Positions 54,358-57,791 of a DNA stretch of 57,791 nt are shown piece after piece. Source of the DNA: a virus (taxonomy: Duplodnaviria; Caudoviricetes); IMG/VR virus record IMGVR_UViG_3300012676_000003, positions 1 to 57,791 of that record, one strand, 5' to 3'. Positions within the stretch are counted from its first letter, which is position 1. Each line of letters starts with the position of its first letter. Below the pieces are notes generated by a model. That model saw nothing but the letters and a program-made list of their open reading frames with translations. It made no database searches and had not been told where the DNA came from. The position numbers and the translations under genes were made by a program.

Positions 54358-54611
54358 CTATCAACGCACTCTATAAGCAGTTGTCGGAACTGGTGAAACA
54401 AGGTCACGGACGGAAAACGGTGTGTGTCGACAAAGGCACGTTCACGCACCCACTGGAGGACGATGGGGAGCTCATTTTGGAAGTGATGGCCGCGCAGATT
54501 GCGCGGGTTGATATGCTTGACGAGGATGGGAATTATAAGGAGTTGGCGGACGGGACAATATCAAAGCGGACATTCTTGGTGCTTAGAGGAGAATCGGAGG
54601 TGAAGCCGTGA
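54354..54611 (+). CDS. Hypothetical protein
   Basis: RBS and GTGA coupling. Confidence 0.7.
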   Translation: MTINALYKQLSELVKQGHGRKTVCVDKGTFTHPLEDDGELILEVMAAQIARVDMLDEDGNYKELADGTISKRTFLVLRGESEVKP

Positions 54612-54841
54612 TCGACCCCAGCCTATCCTTTGAGTCTCTTCCTCCCCGACTAAAGGATTTAACACTGAAGGAATTGCATGGACTCAAATTGGTGGACTTG
54701 GACAAAGCCTACGCCCATCTGCGCGAGGCCGCATCTGACATCAGGTGGGTGAATCACGAAAACACCGATTTCAAGATTAGGGTGGCCATGCTCATGGATT
54801 CGCTCAACGACATCCAAAAACTCAAAGAGATGATGATGTGA
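54608..54841 (+). CDS. Hypothetical protein
   Basis: RBS and GTGA coupling. Confidence 0.7.
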   Translation: MIDPSLSFESLPPRLKDLTLKELHGLKLVDLDKAYAHLREAASDIRWVNHENTDFKIRVAMLMDSLNDIQKLKEMMM

Positions 54842-55134
54842 GCACGAACGGCACCATCCACAAAACCATGGTGAAGATTCATGAATGTTACGATGAATCA
54901 AGGCCCATGCCCGAAGTGCTTCGAGACATAGCGTCCGAATCAATATTGTTGGACGATGACCCAAGACTTCCAGAACTAATCGCTATCCGTGAAACCCTAT
55001 TGGAGAACGACGAATGCCTTGATCGCTTGTGCGAGCTTAATCCCAATCACAGTGAAGCTTACCATAGACAGTGGGAATACGCTGAATCCGAACTCGACCA
55101 GCGCGTCGCCAAACTTAACATCAAATCCCTGTGA
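54838..55134 (+). CDS. Hypothetical protein
   Basis: GTGA coupling. Confidence 0.7.
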   Translation: MSTNGTIHKTMVKIHECYDESRPMPEVLRDIASESILLDDDPRLPELIAIRETLLENDECLDRLCELNPNHSEAYHRQWEYAESELDQRVAKLNIKSL

Positions 55135-55199
55135 CCATCCTCTTCATCATCTTCCTGGCCATGGTCGCTATGCTCGCCTTCTGGTCGTGGGACGGATGA
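55131..55199 (+). CDS. 22-aa hydrophobic peptide MTILFIIFLAMVAMLAFWSWDG
   Basis: GTGA-coupled; single TM; absent from ORF track. Confidence 0.5.
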   Translation: MTILFIIFLAMVAMLAFWSWDG

Positions 55200-55216
55200 T
55201 TAAAAACATACTCACC

Positions 55217-55246
55217 TTGACAACCCGCCAGCGCCTGTGCTAAACA
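55217..55246 (+). promoter_or_regulatory. sigma70-type promoter upstream of RNA motif copy 2
   Basis: TTGACA-N18-TAAACA with extended -10 TG. Confidence 0.6.
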
Positions 55247-55256
55247 TTGCCCATGC

Positions 55257-55383
55257 GCTTTAGTAGAGCTGACAGGGATAGTCTGAAAAAGATTTCGACA
55301 TCCCTGTCGAAAACACCCGAAGGTCGAGGTAGCTCCTCCGCCTTCACCTCCCACGTTGCTACTAACAGCGTGGGCCATTTTCT
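55257..55383 (+). ncRNA. Structured RNA motif, copy 2
   Basis: Homologous to 4708-4838 with covarying stems. Confidence 0.7.
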
Positions 55384-56089
55384 ACTGCGGTCGGCAGGTC
55401 GTATCTGGGAAAGCACCTTCACGAGCTTCCAAAACTTGGTTAGACTCCAAGGATCCGCAACCACTTACCCGATTTATGATTGAACCCTCATGTCATGGGT
55501 TCCGCGCTTGGGTCGTACAGCCTTCCCCTGAAGGGTCTGCGATGGCGCGTTATAAATTAGACCGCGCAAACAAGTTGGAGGCTCTGACTTACGTCGCCTC
55601 CTTTATCTGCTGCCTGTCGTGGGGACTATCCCTTGCCGGACGCCTCCTCAACTACGCGCTTAGGGAAACGCACTTGCCCCAGGTTATCGCTGGCCGTGGA
55701 ACACCCGTAGCTGATCCTCACGGATCGTCCTGAAGCCTAACTAGCAACTGGTTACAGAGCAACTGCACCAGAGAGACTGACAACTCTTACAGCTTCAGTG
55801 CCCTAACCGAGGGTGTACCCTGCCCATATTGAACCATGCCCACGTAATCTACTCCCCAGGCGAATATCACATCACGCGACTTCCTCAAAAATTCATAACT
55901 TATTTTTTTCACGACACACTCTCCTTTCACAATCCGGAAACCTTACACAGAACTTCCGGAAGTAGCCTTCACGAAGTTCCGAAATATGCTCTGTCGTGCT
56001 ACAGGGAGGTATAGACGCGCATGGCACAGCGCAAGGGGGGGTGCCGGCGCGACACCGTGGGGACGGTCCAGCCCAAGGAATAAGCATGC

Positions 56090-56551
56090 TTACCCTGGTG
56101 ACTGTGCGCCAGGGTCTGAAGGTGAGGGCGTAGGCGTGACCGGTGGATCGGGTGCAGGTTCAGGAGCCGCCGACGGTGGCGCGTTCTGTCCTCCTGGCAC
56201 TACCATCGTGCTCTTCACCGGCCCGCGTGTGGTAGGGCGTAGGTTGCCGGGTTTGCTCCTGCCACTGTGCGCGAACTCTTGATCACTGAGCCTTTGTGAT
56301 GCTGTCGCGAGCCAGCTAACCCTTTGACCATCAGCCTTGCGCGGGTCTTTGAGTTCGAGTTCTATTGCATCGTCAAGGAGATTGAGTTGTTTGCGCACAC
56401 GCAATAAACGTCTGACTTGAAAGTCGTCCGCCTGTTCTGAGGTGTTGGCGGTTTTGAGTTTCCGCTTAAGTTCAGCCTTCAGCTTAGTGGTTTGACCGCC
56501 GATAGCACCGAAGGCTTTCGCCTGTTCAGTGGTCCAAAGGGCTTTTGGCAT
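56090..56551 (-). CDS. Hypothetical protein, possible terminase small subunit
   Basis: Basic GxxGG N-terminus, helical core, Pro-rich tail; function is a guess. Confidence 0.4.
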   Translation of the reverse strand: MPKALWTTEQAKAFGAIGGQTTKLKAELKRKLKTANTSEQADDFQVRRLLRVRKQLNLLDDAIELELKDPRKADGQRVSWLATASQRLSDQEFAHSGRSKPGNLRPTTRGPVKSTMVVPGGQNAPPSAAPEPAPDPPVTPTPSPSDPGAQSPG

Positions 56552-56590
56552 GCTGAGGGCAATAAACTCCTATGGGAGCATGTAGGCAAG

Positions 56591-56618
56591 AAAAAACCCC
56601 GTAGGGTTGACTACGGGG
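56591..56618 (-). terminator. Intrinsic terminator of the leftward early operon
   Basis: CCCCGTAG/CTACGGGG stem followed by T6 on minus strand. Confidence 0.8.
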
Positions 56619-56649
56619 CTTGATGCCGGGAGGCGTTTGTGGGGGTCTG

Positions 56650-56868
56650 CTATGGTTCGTAAAGGTACGTGTCTCCGTAGGACACCCAGCCATTTTTGTG
56701 GCACCAGTGGATTAGGTCTAACGAAGTATCGAACCTCGGAGAGAGGGCGGCTGTTGGGTCTTTGTGCGTGGAGCCGGAGTAAAGCCAGCAGCCTATGAGT
56801 TTATCCCTTGGGTCAATGCATTGGATTGTGGGGCGAGCGACTAAAAACCGATTGATTGTTATTTTCAT
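56650..56868 (-). CDS. Hypothetical protein
   Basis: Coupled ORF. Confidence 0.6.
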   Translation of the reverse strand: MKITINRFLVARPTIQCIDPRDKLIGCWLYSGSTHKDPTAALSPRFDTSLDLIHWCHKNGWVSYGDTYLYEP

Positions 56869-57182
56869 ATCTCAGTAGCCTTTGAGATTGCAGCCTTGAT
56901 CACGTATAGCGTGCCGTCTAGCAGTGTGCGGTTAGCGCTTCCGGGCGCGTGTTGCAGGCGTTCGATTGTGGCTTGAGCCGTTTCTAGGGCATGCAGAAGT
57001 TCAGGGGCAGCAGCGATTAATCGCGCGTTGGCTTCGCTTTCAATCAGTAGCTCATCATTGCGTTTACCATCTGCCAATGTGTGGACAACGGCCAAGCGCA
57101 TATCTCGTTTAACCGAGTAGATTCCTGATTCTGCTAGCATCCACGATCCTGGCGTATGCTGTTTGTCTGTTGGTGTAGTCAT
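56865..57182 (-). CDS. Conserved phage protein (HTPGxW..ANARLIAAAPELL family)
   Basis: Both motifs present. Confidence 0.8.
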   Translation of the reverse strand: MTTPTDKQHTPGSWMLAESGIYSVKRDMRLAVVHTLADGKRNDELLIESEANARLIAAAPELLHALETAQATIERLQHAPGSANRTLLDGTLYVIKAAISKATEI

Positions 57183-57184
57183 AA

Positions 57185-57406
57185 TTAATCTTCGTTGTAG
57201 GTTGCGTATGCGGGAATTTCAAAGCGCTTGCAAACAGCTTCGTAGGCTGATTTGGCAGCGTTGAAATTTTCGTCTATGCGGGCCAAGTCATGGGGGAAAC
57301 TTTCGCCCTTTGATATTGCCGACCGCGCATAGAAACCGACTGCCGCTCTAGCTGACACAAGCTGATCGGCCATCGATACTAGCTCCCGTTGTTCTGGTGT
57401 TTCCAA
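57185..57406 (-). CDS. Hypothetical protein
   Basis: Packed ORF, TTG start. Confidence 0.6.
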   Translation of the reverse strand: METPEQRELVSMADQLVSARAAVGFYARSAISKGESFPHDLARIDENFNAAKSAYEAVCKRFEIPAYATYNED

Positions 57407-57636
57407 GGTTTCATCCCGCCGGCAACGGCGTTCAGCTTGTCAACAAAGTCCATCGCCTGCAAATCCTCGTACGCATCGCGCAGAAAAGTCGCGGCTCCCA
57501 AGTGACCCATGCTTACGAGCATCCAGATCAATTCTTGGACGCTGCGGGTGTCCAGCAGATAGCCTGTGAGCTTGTCGGCCTGCTCTACGGCGATGTTGAA
57601 TTGACGTATGGTCATAGTGGTAGTGTTATTTTTCAT
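57379..57636 (-). CDS. Hypothetical protein
   Basis: Packed ORF. Confidence 0.65.
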   Translation of the reverse strand: MKNNTTTMTIRQFNIAVEQADKLTGYLLDTRSVQELIWMLVSMGHLGAATFLRDAYEDLQAMDFVDKLNAVAGGMKPWKHQNNGS

Positions 57637-57712
57637 ATGTGAAACGCACGGCCTCTAATGCCGCGAAAAGTTCGGGTATTGTACGCGGCTTAGCGCTAAC
57701 CTTGCTTGGCAT
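57626..57712 (-). CDS. 28-aa peptide MPSKVSAKPRTIPELFAALEAVRFTYEK
   Basis: AAAGGA RBS; bridges neighbouring ORFs across the circular junction. Confidence 0.45.
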   Translation of the reverse strand: MPSKVSAKPRTIPELFAALEAVRFTYEK

Positions 57713-57791
57713 GTTGTTCCTTTCTACCGAACCAATCTCCAGGGTTGACTACTTCGCCTTCGATTCCATCAAGTTTGAATTTGATTTGTGA
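57669..57791. repeat. Terminal direct repeat, right copy
   Basis: Identical to 1-123. Confidence 0.95.

Noticed and set aside
57669-57791. Biological terminal repeat or att site
   Set aside because: Exact overlap cutting through ORFs; more simply an assembler circularisation overlap

Overview
The window is an apparently complete, circularly assembled tailed-phage genome of about 57,668 bp; bases 1-123 recur exactly at 57669-57791. It has six alternating blocks: (+) recombination genes 711-4693; (-) a long late/structural operon 5067-34960 (major capsid, scaffold-like, podovirus-like adaptor/nozzle/ejection proteins, fibres, several signal-peptide proteins and a subtilase); (+) large terminase to portal 35067-41136; (-) a glyco-/methyl-/sulfotransferase cluster 41133-48625; (+) replication and accessory genes 48754-55199; (-) small early genes 56090-129. 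I recognise no integrase, DNA polymerase, helicase, endolysin, tRNA or CRISPR array. A Verrucomicrobiota-like host is an inference only. Most interesting signals: (1) divergent sigma54-type promoters flanking a ~104-bp-periodic array of TGT-N11-ACA sites; (2) a ~125-nt structured RNA motif present twice with compensatory base changes; (3) a protein module split at the same point across two stop/start gene junctions but intact inside one gene; (4) a large glycan-modification toolkit; (5) a pseudoknot-like leader on the replication gene. All calls come from reading motifs by eye; no searches were run.
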